Sequence record: PV730299.1
Direction: 5' to 3' (one strand)
DNA from: a phage
Length of the DNA: 64,000 nt
Below, piece after piece: positions 45,813 through 55,040 of this stretch. The notes under the pieces are model-generated. The model worked only from the letters and a program-made list of their open reading frames with translations. It did no database searches and had not been told where the DNA came from. The position numbers and the translations under genes are program-made. Within the stretch, counting starts at the first letter, position 1. The number at the start of each line of letters is the position of its first letter.

Positions 45813-46471
45813 CAGATACTCCCAAAATCACGACAGAGGAATGCCATCACAGCCTGGTCTACTGTTAGGCCGTGAGACTTCATCATACCCGCAGCCACCG
45901 TAGGGAACAAGCCTTTATGTCGTTGACGATGGTCATGAACTCTCTCCCACTTCTCGACCACCAGACTTTCATTGAAGTCCACACCACCGTTACGTGATTT
46001 AACGCGGGAGATACACGTTTCAAGGGGAGTGTCCATAAAGAGCACAACCAATTCACGTGGTGGGCGTGTCAGACGGGGGATCCAAGAACTCAATAATGTG
46101 GATGGAATGATACCTTCGAAAATCACATCATATTTCAAGTATTCTGGTTGGTCAGCAATAGACAACGCGAACAACATCTGCTCAGTGTCCTTCAGGGAAT
46201 CAACCCCCTTGGACTTCGACTTGTCATATTTACCGATACAGACCACGTTGAACGAAGGACAGACAGTCAGCATGACCTTGCCGTTATGGGTCACGACATA
46301 CGCCTGAGGATCCCTCTCCGCCAGCTGAGACGGCACAGTGGATTTACCGCTACCATTGGAGCCTTTGACGTAGTAGATTTGCCCTCGTGCTGGGTAGATC
46401 CCCTTTACGACGGGTGGTTTAAAGAATGTGTGGACGGGGCGCTTCATCAGCCCCTTCAGGGAGTAGGACAT
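45812..46471 (-). CDS. P-loop kinase, function unassigned
   Basis: Walker A GSNGSGKST; 219 aa; translationally coupled (shared base) to the thymidylate-synthase-family gene. Confidence 0.55.
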   Translation of the reverse strand: MSYSLKGLMKRPVHTFFKPPVVKGIYPARGQIYYVKGSNGSGKSTVPSQLAERDPQAYVVTHNGKVMLTVCPSFNVVCIGKYDKSKSKGVDSLKDTEQMLFALSIADQPEYLKYDVIFEGIIPSTLLSSWIPRLTRPPRELVVLFMDTPLETCISRVKSRNGGVDFNESLVVEKWERVHDHRQRHKGLFPTVAAGMMKSHGLTVDQAVMAFLCRDFGSI

Positions 46472-46546
46472 AAACTGCTCCGATAAACAAAAGGAGCTGC
46501 TATTATAGCAGCCCCTTCATCTATTGAACAGTTTCTGAACTTAAAT

Positions 46547-47383
46547 TTACACAGCTTTCGCTTCAGCCAGAGCCTGTGGAAGCCATTCATTGATCGCCTT
46601 AACCAGAGACTCAGCATCAGACTCTTTGATCTTCTGACGTTTGGTGAAGGACTTGCCGTTCACGTACAGACTGAAGCCCCAGCCACCGGAAACGATAGGC
46701 GCAACGTCGACATACGTATTGGTGCGGGCGTGAAGGTTTTCAGGGTTAGCCAGTTCGGTGACCGGGAACTGGAACCAACGCATGTCTGGGTTCACGTAGC
46801 TCAGGAACACGCCGGGGACAACACCAGATTCAATCGCCGCCAAGACCGGACCGTGATTAGAAGCGCGAGCCAAGTCAACCATTTCCTCACGTTTGGTGTG
46901 ACGGCGTTTACGCTCTACCAGCGCTGCCTGCGGGGTCAGGGTCTTACCCTTCGATGCTTCTTTCAGCATAGAAGACGCCAAGGAACCGATTTTCGCGTCG
47001 GACGGCTGATTGCCTTCTTCCAGCGCCGCGTTGACTGCATCTTCAACCGCGTCTACCGGGGCGTCGGACACTGGGGCTTCACATGCATCGGCAGAGATCA
47101 GTGCTTCAACATCAACGGTTTCAGCGACTTTCAGGGATACTTCAGCTTGGGCTTGCTCTTGGGCTTGCGCCAGAGCCTGCTGAGTTTCTTCCTTCTCTTC
47201 GGCGCTCAGACCTTCAATCAGTTCGAAGCCGTTGGCAGCCTGAAGAACACCTTCAACCATACGGCGTAGGGTAACGTTTCCGATGATCAGACCTGCTTCT
47301 TTGATTTCAGCCTGGATAGCCGCAACGTCTTTGCCTTCAATTTCAATTTTGGTTCCAGAATCCACATGAAGAATATATGACAT
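46547..47383 (-). CDS. hypothetical protein with acidic low-complexity linker
   Basis: 278 aa; central Glu/Ala/Gln-rich segment; candidate sigma70-type promoter upstream. Confidence 0.55.
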   Translation of the reverse strand: MSYILHVDSGTKIEIEGKDVAAIQAEIKEAGLIIGNVTLRRMVEGVLQAANGFELIEGLSAEEKEETQQALAQAQEQAQAEVSLKVAETVDVEALISADACEAPVSDAPVDAVEDAVNAALEEGNQPSDAKIGSLASSMLKEASKGKTLTPQAALVERKRRHTKREEMVDLARASNHGPVLAAIESGVVPGVFLSYVNPDMRWFQFPVTELANPENLHARTNTYVDVAPIVSGGWGFSLYVNGKSFTKRQKIKESDAESLVKAINEWLPQALAEAKAV

Positions 47384-47450
47384 AATAAAAACCCTTTCGT
47401 TATTAAGACCGTATCCGCGGCATATTGTTGTTCTGACTGTGTAGTGAGAA

Positions 47451-47480
47451 CATAATATACTGCATTTTCATAGATGTAAA
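47451..47480 (-). promoter_or_regulatory. sigma70-like promoter candidate for the 46547-47383 gene
   Basis: On the minus strand: TTTACA, 18-nt spacer, TATTAT (or TATATT with 16 nt), about 68 nt upstream of the start codon. Confidence 0.3.
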
Positions 47481-47572
47481 CTACTTTTTATTGAAAAGAA
47501 AGTTAACACCTTAGTGTTATAAGGTGCGCGACCAAGCGGAGCGCGAACTTGCGTGAATATTAACTTTCTACG

Positions 47573-47854
47573 TCAATATAGAAAAACCATTTCCGGCGGC
47601 CAACAATTTGTTAGCTCGACTTTTGCGAACCGTGGTTGGCAGTACGCATCAACCGACTCATCAAACAGACAGTGTTCTACATTTGCAATCATCAGATCAT
47701 CATCCACCACTTCAACAGAATGGACAATGATCTTGTGGTCATACGTCAGGCAACCGTCTAAATGCATGTTGTCGGCGCGGAGGTGTTGCATGATGAAATA
47801 CTCTATGATCGACTCAAGGACAGTCGTCAGCTTCAGATAACGTTTCATACACAC
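47573..47854 (-). CDS. hypothetical protein
   Basis: 93-aa ORF between two larger minus-strand genes. Confidence 0.4.
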   Translation of the reverse strand: MCMKRYLKLTTVLESIIEYFIMQHLRADNMHLDGCLTYDHKIIVHSVEVVDDDLMIANVEHCLFDESVDAYCQPRFAKVELTNCWPPEMVFLY

Positions 47855-47868
47855 CTCTCACAGTGGAG

Positions 47869-48618
47869 TTATTTGGACAAGTAGAAGTTTGGAACTTCAG
47901 GGAAATACTCTGGTGGATATTCCCCTAGAACATCCTGTTTCACCTTCCCTTCGATATCTTCGCGGATACGACGAATCACTTCTTCCTGTTGTTCTGCTGC
48001 CATCACTTCTTCCATGGCTGAGTACAAGTTTTCTAGAATGACACCTACGTAGTTGTGGATGGCACGACAGGAGTTCTGATCATACTCCATATCCGGATGA
48101 ATCGCCAGGTCGACCTGATCACGCCCTACCAGCAGATGCCCAGACACCAGATTTATCGGGTATTTGAATACTTCACTAGATTTGACAGCAACTCCGTCGG
48201 CTTGCTTCAGCAGGAATTCGGTTTCAGAGAAGCGTTCAAGCAGTTCCGATGGGAATACCATATCGAGATTCTGACGCTTGCGACCAAAGAAGTACAGACA
48301 ATGCGCCAGTTTCAGGCATGCATCGGTGGCCATCTTCATGTGTGCTTTAGCGTGTTCATAACCAGCGATCACATCACGGACATAATCGTACAGGTCGGAA
48401 TGACCAAAACGGATGTCCTCTTCGAAGCGGATTGCTGTTTCACTGTCCGGTTTCACACCCAGAACATCGAAAATATTTTGTTCACGAACTGATCTTCCGT
48501 TTCGATCGAAACCCAGAACGCAACCGACTTCGAATCCACTCTTTTCAAAATTTGGGAGTTTCATATCAAGGCGAGCTGGGGTAAACTCTAACCCGAACAT
48601 ACGATAAATTTGTGACAT
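47869..48618 (-). CDS. hypothetical protein
   Basis: 249-aa ORF in the minus-strand train. Confidence 0.55.
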   Translation of the reverse strand: MSQIYRMFGLEFTPARLDMKLPNFEKSGFEVGCVLGFDRNGRSVREQNIFDVLGVKPDSETAIRFEEDIRFGHSDLYDYVRDVIAGYEHAKAHMKMATDACLKLAHCLYFFGRKRQNLDMVFPSELLERFSETEFLLKQADGVAVKSSEVFKYPINLVSGHLLVGRDQVDLAIHPDMEYDQNSCRAIHNYVGVILENLYSAMEEVMAAEQQEEVIRRIREDIEGKVKQDVLGEYPPEYFPEVPNFYLSK

Positions 48619-48680
48619 GTTATAGCCTCATCATTTAGGATTACCTGTTCACGAATTATCCCTCGGAACGGGTTATAGAA

Positions 48681-49385
48681 CTATTTCTTCTTATGCATAC
48701 GACGTGCATCTTTCCACACAGACATCTGGCTCTGTTTCTGGAAGCGGGCAGTGCGCATGAAGAGAACGATCTCCCAGTACTGTGGCTCAATCTCGTAAAG
48801 CTGTGAACGGAACTGATCGGCGCGGTACAGCTTCACACAGTGATTGTACAGCGGATGGTTGGCGAAGCGCTTCAGGGCTTCCCAGGTGAGCTTCAGACGC
48901 GTCTTTGAGCGGTATGCCCGTTCGTTACGCAACTTGATCAGATCCTCAAACACCAACAGCCTGAGCTTCGGTGGCAGGTAGTGCATGTTGAGCCCCCAGA
49001 GGTATGTCACACCCTTCTCTCCAAAGGTGATACCATCACCCTTGACAAAGTTGAAGAAGAACACCAGAGGGTACATATCCCAGTAGGGTAGTTCATTCTT
49101 CGTCAGAGCATCATATTTGAAATAGAACATACGCCCGACTATATACCGCACACCTTGTACCGGACGTTTGTGATCAGCAAACGCCTGTTTCATATGGTTG
49201 GGGCTCAGGTTGGCGTCCTTAGACACACGCTCCATGAACCACACATGCGAACGGCGGATGTTACGCTTCGCCTCTGGACCGAAGTGTTGACGGTACTTGC
49301 GGATGTAACGCTTGACCAGCTCGGGGGCGTCCATCTCGGCCGGAAACAGCAACGGATCTTCTTCGCCAGCTGCATTCTTTGCCAT
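48681..49385 (-). CDS. hypothetical protein (basic, 234 aa)
   Basis: Divergent from the plus-strand gene at 49439; basic termini. Confidence 0.55.
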   Translation of the reverse strand: MAKNAAGEEDPLLFPAEMDAPELVKRYIRKYRQHFGPEAKRNIRRSHVWFMERVSKDANLSPNHMKQAFADHKRPVQGVRYIVGRMFYFKYDALTKNELPYWDMYPLVFFFNFVKGDGITFGEKGVTYLWGLNMHYLPPKLRLLVFEDLIKLRNERAYRSKTRLKLTWEALKRFANHPLYNHCVKLYRADQFRSQLYEIEPQYWEIVLFMRTARFQKQSQMSVWKDARRMHKKK

Positions 49386-49396
49386 TTGTCAACTCC

Positions 49397-49404
49397 TATA
49401 AATA
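49397..49404 (+). promoter_or_regulatory. T4-type late promoter-like motif TATAAATA
   Basis: Exact TATAAATA 35 nt upstream of the GTG start of the structural gene at 49439, in a divergent intergenic region. Confidence 0.35.
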
Positions 49405-49438
49405 ATAACAGTTATTTTATTTAAGTGGAGTCCTCACC

Positions 49439-50383
49439 GTGGAAGACTATCGCAATTTTATCACACAGATATTACAGCGGGGCTTGTCGCGCAAGAACCG
49501 CTTCAGAGTGACCATCCCTCTACCACCAGGGATCTTTGACTCCAATGCCACTCTGGCTAATGACGGAAAGGCGTACAGAACCAATTCATCTTTTGGTGAC
49601 TTGTTTAAGCAGTCAGCCCGTATTGTAAACGCTTTCTTTGGAGGGACAAACCAGACGTCCCGTTCCCTTCAGATGATGTGTATGGTTGCCTCATTGCCAG
49701 GGGTTGGTATCGACACCACTCCAATGACAAACAACGGTAATCACATCAAGATGCCGAACAACAAGTCCAACGTCGACCTCGACTTGTCATTCTTATTAGC
49801 CAATGACTATTATGAGAAGTCTGTGATGGACAAGTGGAAGAGTCTGATCTTTGATCCACACACCACCAAAATGGGATATTACGAAGACTTCGTGACTGAC
49901 ATATGCATTGAACAGCTTGACACCGAAGATCAAGTGGTCCACCGCGTCTACATCGTCGAGGCTCACCCAATAAATTTCAGTTCTATTGAGCTGGATAAAG
50001 GCGCCACAGACCAGTTCAACCAATACAACATTTCTTTCTCTTACAATAAAGTGCTTTCGGAGACAGAATATGAAACACGCAGCCTTTCCAGCGATTTTCT
50101 TCCTCTCGGCATTGCTGACGCTCTTACCAGTGGTGACTGGGAAACTGCGGCCTCAAAAGCTGGACAGCTTTATCGCAAGGTGAAAGAAGGGAACTTCACA
50201 GGAGAGGCTCTCCTGGCTTACAAACAGCTTGACCAACTTGTAAACAACCTGGCTGGGATAAGCATACAGGACTTCGAGCGCATCTCGGTAGGTATCTCTC
50301 GTGACATCATGGGTAACGATAACCTGACGGCGGCGGAGAAGACAAGCCTGTTGGGAATATTACAAGACGTGATGGGGAAATAA
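49439..50383 (+). CDS. virion structural protein, putative (late gene)
   Basis: GTG start with GGAG 9 nt upstream; TATAAATA motif 35 nt upstream; followed by a bidirectional terminator. Confidence 0.5.
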   Translation: MEDYRNFITQILQRGLSRKNRFRVTIPLPPGIFDSNATLANDGKAYRTNSSFGDLFKQSARIVNAFFGGTNQTSRSLQMMCMVASLPGVGIDTTPMTNNGNHIKMPNNKSNVDLDLSFLLANDYYEKSVMDKWKSLIFDPHTTKMGYYEDFVTDICIEQLDTEDQVVHRVYIVEAHPINFSSIELDKGATDQFNQYNISFSYNKVLSETEYETRSLSSDFLPLGIADALTSGDWETAASKAGQLYRKVKEGNFTGEALLAYKQLDQLVNNLAGISIQDFERISVGISRDIMGNDNLTAAEKTSLLGILQDVMGK

Positions 50384-50386
50384 AAA

Positions 50387-50404
50387 AGCCATCCGAAGAT
50401 GGCT
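50387..50404. terminator. bidirectional terminator between convergent genes (structural gene and gp32)
   Basis: AGCCATC / GATGGCT stem, loop CGAA; A-run upstream and T-rich sequence downstream serve both strands. Confidence 0.6.
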
Positions 50405-50410
50405 TGTTGA

Positions 50411-51421
50411 TCAGTTAGACTTGAGATACCGCTCGAATTCGTCAATGGAAGCCGTGTTTCTGGCATTCGGTTGAGCCTGAGCCTGCGACGGCGCGGCCTG
50501 TTGCTGTTTCAGGCTGTCTTGAGCAGTTGGCTGATGTGTAGTCTGGGTGCTAGGAGCATGAGCCATCGTGGCTGCACCACCTTCAACCAGAGGCTGGTCA
50601 TCAGGGATTGCCAAAACTTTGCGCAGGCGCTTTTCCAGGGAGTCGTAGTCTTTGAAGTTAGCCGGATTGAAGAATTCAAACAGGCTGTGCTCGCGAGACC
50701 AGACGTCTTCCATATACGCTTCGTCATCACTCAGCGGGGCAGGGTTCTCCCACACCACCTTACTGAAGTTTGCCACCAGACCTTCCCAGTTCCCAAACTT
50801 CTTCTGCTCGCCAAAGAGCTTCAGGTTCAGGTTGGCACCTTCCCACAGATCGAACGGATCGAATTTAGGGTCGGTTGGGAACTTAGGATTCTGCGCCTGA
50901 TCCAGGATTTTCTTGATGGCGTTACCAAATTCCAGCAGGAAGACCTTGCCGTTGTTTTCCGGTACGTTGACATCTTTGATCACCAGGATGTTAGCGTAGT
51001 ATTTGGTGTCGGGTAGACGTTTCTTCAGGATGTCCTTCAGCTTTTCGTCGTTCGTTTCTTTCTGCTGCGCCCACAGCGGACGGTCATGGTCGCGCACCGG
51101 ATCGTCGTTGCCGAACGTCTGAGGTGAGTTCTCAATGTACCAACCACCAGGTCCCTGGAACTGATGCTTCATGATCATGGCACAAGGGGTGAGGATCTGA
51201 TCTTTATCGATCGTTCCTTCTTCCTGTGCCTTGAGGTCTACCAGCGGGACTGGCAGGAAGCGGATGATGTTCTCGGAGATACCATCTTTGTTCCAAGTCC
51301 ATTTCCAGATGCGAGGATCCTTCTGGAAACCGGACTTCTGGCCTTGCTGTGCAAGACGCGCCTGCATTGCTTCAGTTTGCTGACCACGGGACGCTTTCAG
51401 ACGATCGAATAAATTACCCAT
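50411..51421 (-). CDS. 32: single-stranded DNA-binding protein (T4 gp32-like)
   Basis: IRFLPVP, GWYIENSPQTFGNDDPV, KYYANILVIKDVNVPENNGKVF and FDLWEGANLNLKL align to T4 gp32 core blocks; Gln/Ala-rich C-terminal tail. Confidence 0.85.
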   Translation of the reverse strand: MGNLFDRLKASRGQQTEAMQARLAQQGQKSGFQKDPRIWKWTWNKDGISENIIRFLPVPLVDLKAQEEGTIDKDQILTPCAMIMKHQFQGPGGWYIENSPQTFGNDDPVRDHDRPLWAQQKETNDEKLKDILKKRLPDTKYYANILVIKDVNVPENNGKVFLLEFGNAIKKILDQAQNPKFPTDPKFDPFDLWEGANLNLKLFGEQKKFGNWEGLVANFSKVVWENPAPLSDDEAYMEDVWSREHSLFEFFNPANFKDYDSLEKRLRKVLAIPDDQPLVEGGAATMAHAPSTQTTHQPTAQDSLKQQQAAPSQAQAQPNARNTASIDEFERYLKSN

Positions 51422-51520
51422 TTCTTAATTTCCTCTGTTTCCGCCCCTCAGGGCTATTCTGTTACATGTATTTTCAGTTTGCTACAAAGCGGGGTAATTA
51501 TACCCCGATCTTACATTGAA

Positions 51521-51760
51521 TTAACCTTTAAGCACTTGATTTGCTGGGTCAATTTCAATAATGTCGAACACGTCCGAAAACGTCTTCTTACCTTCGTCGT
51601 GCGTGTGATACTCAACGACATATGAGCGACCATCAGGGGTAACGTAACGAATACGATCCGTCTGGTCAGCATTCTCGTTCAGGCTACCCACACGCCAGCG
51701 CATTGCGCCAGGAAGAAACTCGGCAGCTTTCATTGCGCTGTAAATTGATTCTTTGCTCAT
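51521..51760 (-). CDS. hypothetical protein
   Basis: 79-aa ORF. Confidence 0.4.
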   Translation of the reverse strand: MSKESIYSAMKAAEFLPGAMRWRVGSLNENADQTDRIRYVTPDGRSYVVEYHTHDEGKKTFSDVFDIIEIDPANQVLKG

Positions 51761-51767
51761 AATAGAC

Positions 51768-52013
51768 CTACACTAATTTCTTGGACTTTAGCGCGTCTTT
51801 GATCAGGCGCGCATCGGAGCACTCAGCTGTCAGTCGTGACAACAATGGTGCTGTAATCATCTTTTTGACTTTGGTCTCGTCTATGTCGTTCTCTTCACAG
51901 ACAGCTGCCAGAGTCTCAAGGATACTATCCTTGGTTTGGGCGGCGCGTAGTAGGACGATTTCAGAAAATAATTCTGGTGTCATCACAAGCGCTGGCTGTT
52001 TTTCGTCAGACAT
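51768..52013 (-). CDS. hypothetical protein
   Basis: 81-aa ORF. Confidence 0.4.
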   Translation of the reverse strand: MSDEKQPALVMTPELFSEIVLLRAAQTKDSILETLAAVCEENDIDETKVKKMITAPLLSRLTAECSDARLIKDALKSKKLV

Positions 52014-52251
52014 CGATTGTGTTCCCCTTACCCGAACCCTTCTTTATCGTACGCAAGACGTCCTTGAAGCCGTCTGGAGCTGATTGTGGTCCCTTCACCC
52101 CAGAGACAATCTTGGGAGCACCCACGACCATTTTAATCTCCCCTCCGCACTCAGTGCAGGGGTTGGATTCAGGCTCATGGCGATCTGCAATAGATTTACG
52201 CAGTATCATCGCGTTACCACAGCCCTTGCATTGATAATCATACAGCGGCAT
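52006..52251 (-). CDS. FmdB-family zinc-ribbon protein
   Basis: N-terminal MPLYDYQCKGCG ... CTECGG matches the FmdB MPxYxYxCxxCG...CxxCG pattern. Confidence 0.5.
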   Translation of the reverse strand: MPLYDYQCKGCGNAMILRKSIADRHEPESNPCTECGGEIKMVVGAPKIVSGVKGPQSAPDGFKDVLRTIKKGSGKGNTIDV

Positions 52252-52552
52252 GGAACACCCCCACGGTTGTCAGTACGAAACGTACCATAATGATAACCAG
52301 CAACATCACTGTAGAAAACACTACACGCTTGATCATTTTATCGCGCATGTGGATGAACTGATATGAGAGGATAGCCTCGGCCTGTTGATCGGCACGAACG
52401 TTCGTGTCACGATGTGGGGATAGTGTGTAGAAGTTGATCTGGTACACATACGCATGAACCAGAGTGAAGAACGACTTCACCCAGACCAAGACAACCACTA
52501 ACAACAAAGCGAACGTCAGGAAGTTCGCCAACAACCAATAATCGACCATCAT
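52238..52552 (-). CDS. membrane protein
   Basis: 104 aa with three hydrophobic helices. Confidence 0.45.
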   Translation of the reverse strand: MMVDYWLLANFLTFALLLVVVLVWVKSFFTLVHAYVYQINFYTLSPHRDTNVRADQQAEAILSYQFIHMRDKMIKRVVFSTVMLLVIIMVRFVLTTVGVFHAAV

Positions 52553-53139
52553 ATACCTCTGTTGAAGTCTGGATTATTCTCAATGAAGTAAGAGCCACAA
52601 GCCATTATCGCAAACGAATCCACGAGGTCATCGATTGGCTTAGGATCCTTAACTTCCAACATATCCATTATACCGCGCATGCTAACATTGAACAGTGACT
52701 CGAAGTGAGCGATCATGGCGTGTTTATCCGCGTTGCCCTTGTCGGTGAACATCTTCTTCACATGGGATGGCGTCACGATCTGGAAGTCAAAATTGTTACG
52801 GCGCAGGGCTTGCTTCAACAGTGAGGTATTCTCTGCGGTCTGGCATATGTTGTTGGAGTTCTTAGAGTTGCCCATAGCATACCCTTCAAGAGTGATCACA
52901 TCCGGCTTCTCAGTCAACAGGACAGCCTCAGCCCATTTACAAATGTTATAGAAGCGTTCTTCTGGGGTCTCCCACTTCGGTTGCTTCATGATAAGGATAT
53001 TCTGACGAATCTGAGTGCAGTACTTCTCCACAGTATAATATGCGTAGAAGCGCAGATGATCAAAATCAAGAGGGTCTTTGTCATCCCAGAAGCACAGGGA
53101 TGGACAGCCATAGGAGTAGTCGATTCCGCAATATTTCAT
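52549..53139 (-). CDS. RuvC-like Holliday junction resolvase (RNase H fold), putative
   Basis: N-terminal CGIDYSYG and C-terminal DDLVDSFAIMACG resemble the RuvC first and last catalytic motifs. Confidence 0.45.
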   Translation of the reverse strand: MKYCGIDYSYGCPSLCFWDDKDPLDFDHLRFYAYYTVEKYCTQIRQNILIMKQPKWETPEERFYNICKWAEAVLLTEKPDVITLEGYAMGNSKNSNNICQTAENTSLLKQALRRNNFDFQIVTPSHVKKMFTDKGNADKHAMIAHFESLFNVSMRGIMDMLEVKDPKPIDDLVDSFAIMACGSYFIENNPDFNRGI

Positions 53140-53140
53140 G

Positions 53141-53183
53141 TAAATAGCCCATAACGAAGTTTCATTGGTGTATGGGCTATTTA
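53141..53183 (-). promoter_or_regulatory. 13-bp perfect inverted repeat filling an intergenic gap
   Basis: TAAATAGCCCATA and TATGGGCTATTTA separated by 17 nt, between the stop at 53191 and the start at 53139 of two minus-strand genes. Confidence 0.35.
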
Positions 53184-53190
53184 CGCCGGG

Positions 53191-53682
53191 TTAACGGGTG
53201 ATGATTTTGCTATCAGGCAGGATCAGACCAGGGTGGTCCAGGTTCTTCTGCATCTGTTGGATACTCTGCAGGATCACGGTAGTGTCGATGTGGCGTTTCA
53301 CTTTGCGCGCTTCATCACCGTAGGAGATCTGCCCCTGAGGATCGATGTAGTGGGCTGTCACAACCTGCAGATCATAACCACACTTGATCAGGTACTTGGC
53401 AATGTTGCTAACTTCGAGAGACAGGGACTCACCGTCCACACCGATGTTGGCTGAGTAGACGATTACGCCATTTTCTACTGCTTTTGGTTCAAACAAAACC
53501 ATACCAGCGATCGTCTGGATCAAAGGAACTCCCTCGGTATCGAAAGCCACCTGATCGAACGCACCGATGAACTCATCCGGCACTTTACCTTCGGCATCAG
53601 AAACTGTGTGTTTCATAAGGTCCAGGACGTGTTGTTGTACTTCCTCAATCGGAGCACGTTCAACGGGTTTTTCGTTTTGCAT
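53191..53682 (-). CDS. hypothetical protein
   Basis: Start set at ATG 53682 with GGAG 7 nt upstream; the track's 53793 start would overlap the upstream gene by 134 nt. Confidence 0.45.
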   Translation of the reverse strand: MQNEKPVERAPIEEVQQHVLDLMKHTVSDAEGKVPDEFIGAFDQVAFDTEGVPLIQTIAGMVLFEPKAVENGVIVYSANIGVDGESLSLEVSNIAKYLIKCGYDLQVVTAHYIDPQGQISYGDEARKVKRHIDTTVILQSIQQMQKNLDHPGLILPDSKIITR

Positions 53683-54190
53683 TACTTTTCTCCAGTTCAT
53701 AATCGCGCTCCACAACGTATTGGTAGACACGCATCTTAATATAGTCAGCACTGCCTGCTGAAGACAGTACCATCCATCCACTACTAAGGGCATTCATCTT
53801 ATATTGACCAACACCCTCTTGAAAATAACTTTTAATCTGTTCCAGCTTTCGCCCACGATGATAATACGAGATGAGTTCGCCGATGACAATACAATCTGGA
53901 TAATGCTTTTCCAATGTATTGATGTTGCGGTGAACATATACGGGTAGAACTTCTTCATCGTCGATAGGGCTGTAGTATGGGTCTACGATGACCACTTGTA
54001 GACCATAACGCAGCAGGTCTTTGACACCCAGCCGACAGAACTTATAATCTTCGTGTTTCATTGCCACATGGAGGATATTCTCTTTCTTGGCATAATCGGT
54101 CAGGAAGATAAAGAAGTCTGTGTTGGGATCGGGATATTGTATAGACAGTTCTTTGCCTATTTCACTAAAACAAAATCCGCGCATTTTCAT
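53660..54190 (-). CDS. hypothetical protein
   Basis: 176-aa ORF, first gene of the minus-strand group. Confidence 0.5.
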   Translation of the reverse strand: MKMRGFCFSEIGKELSIQYPDPNTDFFIFLTDYAKKENILHVAMKHEDYKFCRLGVKDLLRYGLQVVIVDPYYSPIDDEEVLPVYVHRNINTLEKHYPDCIVIGELISYYHRGRKLEQIKSYFQEGVGQYKMNALSSGWMVLSSAGSADYIKMRVYQYVVERDYELEKSNAKRKTR

Positions 54191-54233
54191 TCCTCGTTAT
54201 AATTACTCTTACAATATACCGTGGAGATACATT

Positions 54234-55040
54234 ATGAATTTACCATCATTGCCCAGAACAGAAAAGACATATAAAAGCGACTTTTGGCCTACTGTGATCA
54301 AATATCGCGCCTTTACTGCGGGGCAACAAACTTTATTACTTCAGGTGTCAGATCCGCAAACGCCGATTGAAGAACGCGCGGCCATGATGGAGAGTCTCTT
54401 TAGCGAGTGTGTAAATGCAGGCGCACCTTTCAGTAAACTGCCAATCGGCGTTGTTGAGGAAGTGTTCATCCGCATGCGCATGATCTCCATCGGTGAATTG
54501 ATGAAGATTCGTTATAAGTGCAATAATCAGATTGAAGAAACGATCGATCTGGGAGATGGTCAAGAAAAGCACCAGATGGTTCCCTGTGAGCAGGAACTGA
54601 CTCTACCTATCCCGTTGAACAATGTCAAATGCATTGCTCAGGACGGCTTCCGGGAAACATTTGACCTGCCAGGTGGATATCACCTCAAGATGCGCCAACC
54701 TTCCTTCTCGGACGCTACGGCACTGTCTGATGCTGCAAGTGTTGAGATGATGCTGGCCACCTTTATCGACTGTCTGTACGATGATGACGGTCAGGTGTGG
54801 AAGGTTGAGAATCCTGAAGAAATCGGAATCACTCCAGAAGAGGCTACTGAGCGCCGCCGTGTGAAAGAAGCGTTTGTTGAGTGGGTGAAGGATAACATCG
54901 AATCAGATGTTATTGACAGCATTACGAAGAACTTCTTCCACAAAATACCGCGCATCCACTACAAGAGTTCGATCAAGTGTCCGAAATGTGGTAAGGAGCA
55001 CAAAATCGAATTCAATAGTATTAATGAAATTTTCATTTAA
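54234..55040 (+). CDS. hypothetical protein with C-terminal zinc ribbon (possible baseplate-associated)
   Basis: GGAG 7 nt before ATG 54234; C-terminal CPKCGKEH; lies upstream of the gp5-like gene. Confidence 0.5.
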   Translation: MNLPSLPRTEKTYKSDFWPTVIKYRAFTAGQQTLLLQVSDPQTPIEERAAMMESLFSECVNAGAPFSKLPIGVVEEVFIRMRMISIGELMKIRYKCNNQIEETIDLGDGQEKHQMVPCEQELTLPIPLNNVKCIAQDGFRETFDLPGGYHLKMRQPSFSDATALSDAASVEMMLATFIDCLYDDDGQVWKVENPEEIGITPEEATERRRVKEAFVEWVKDNIESDVIDSITKNFFHKIPRIHYKSSIKCPKCGKEHKIEFNSINEIFI

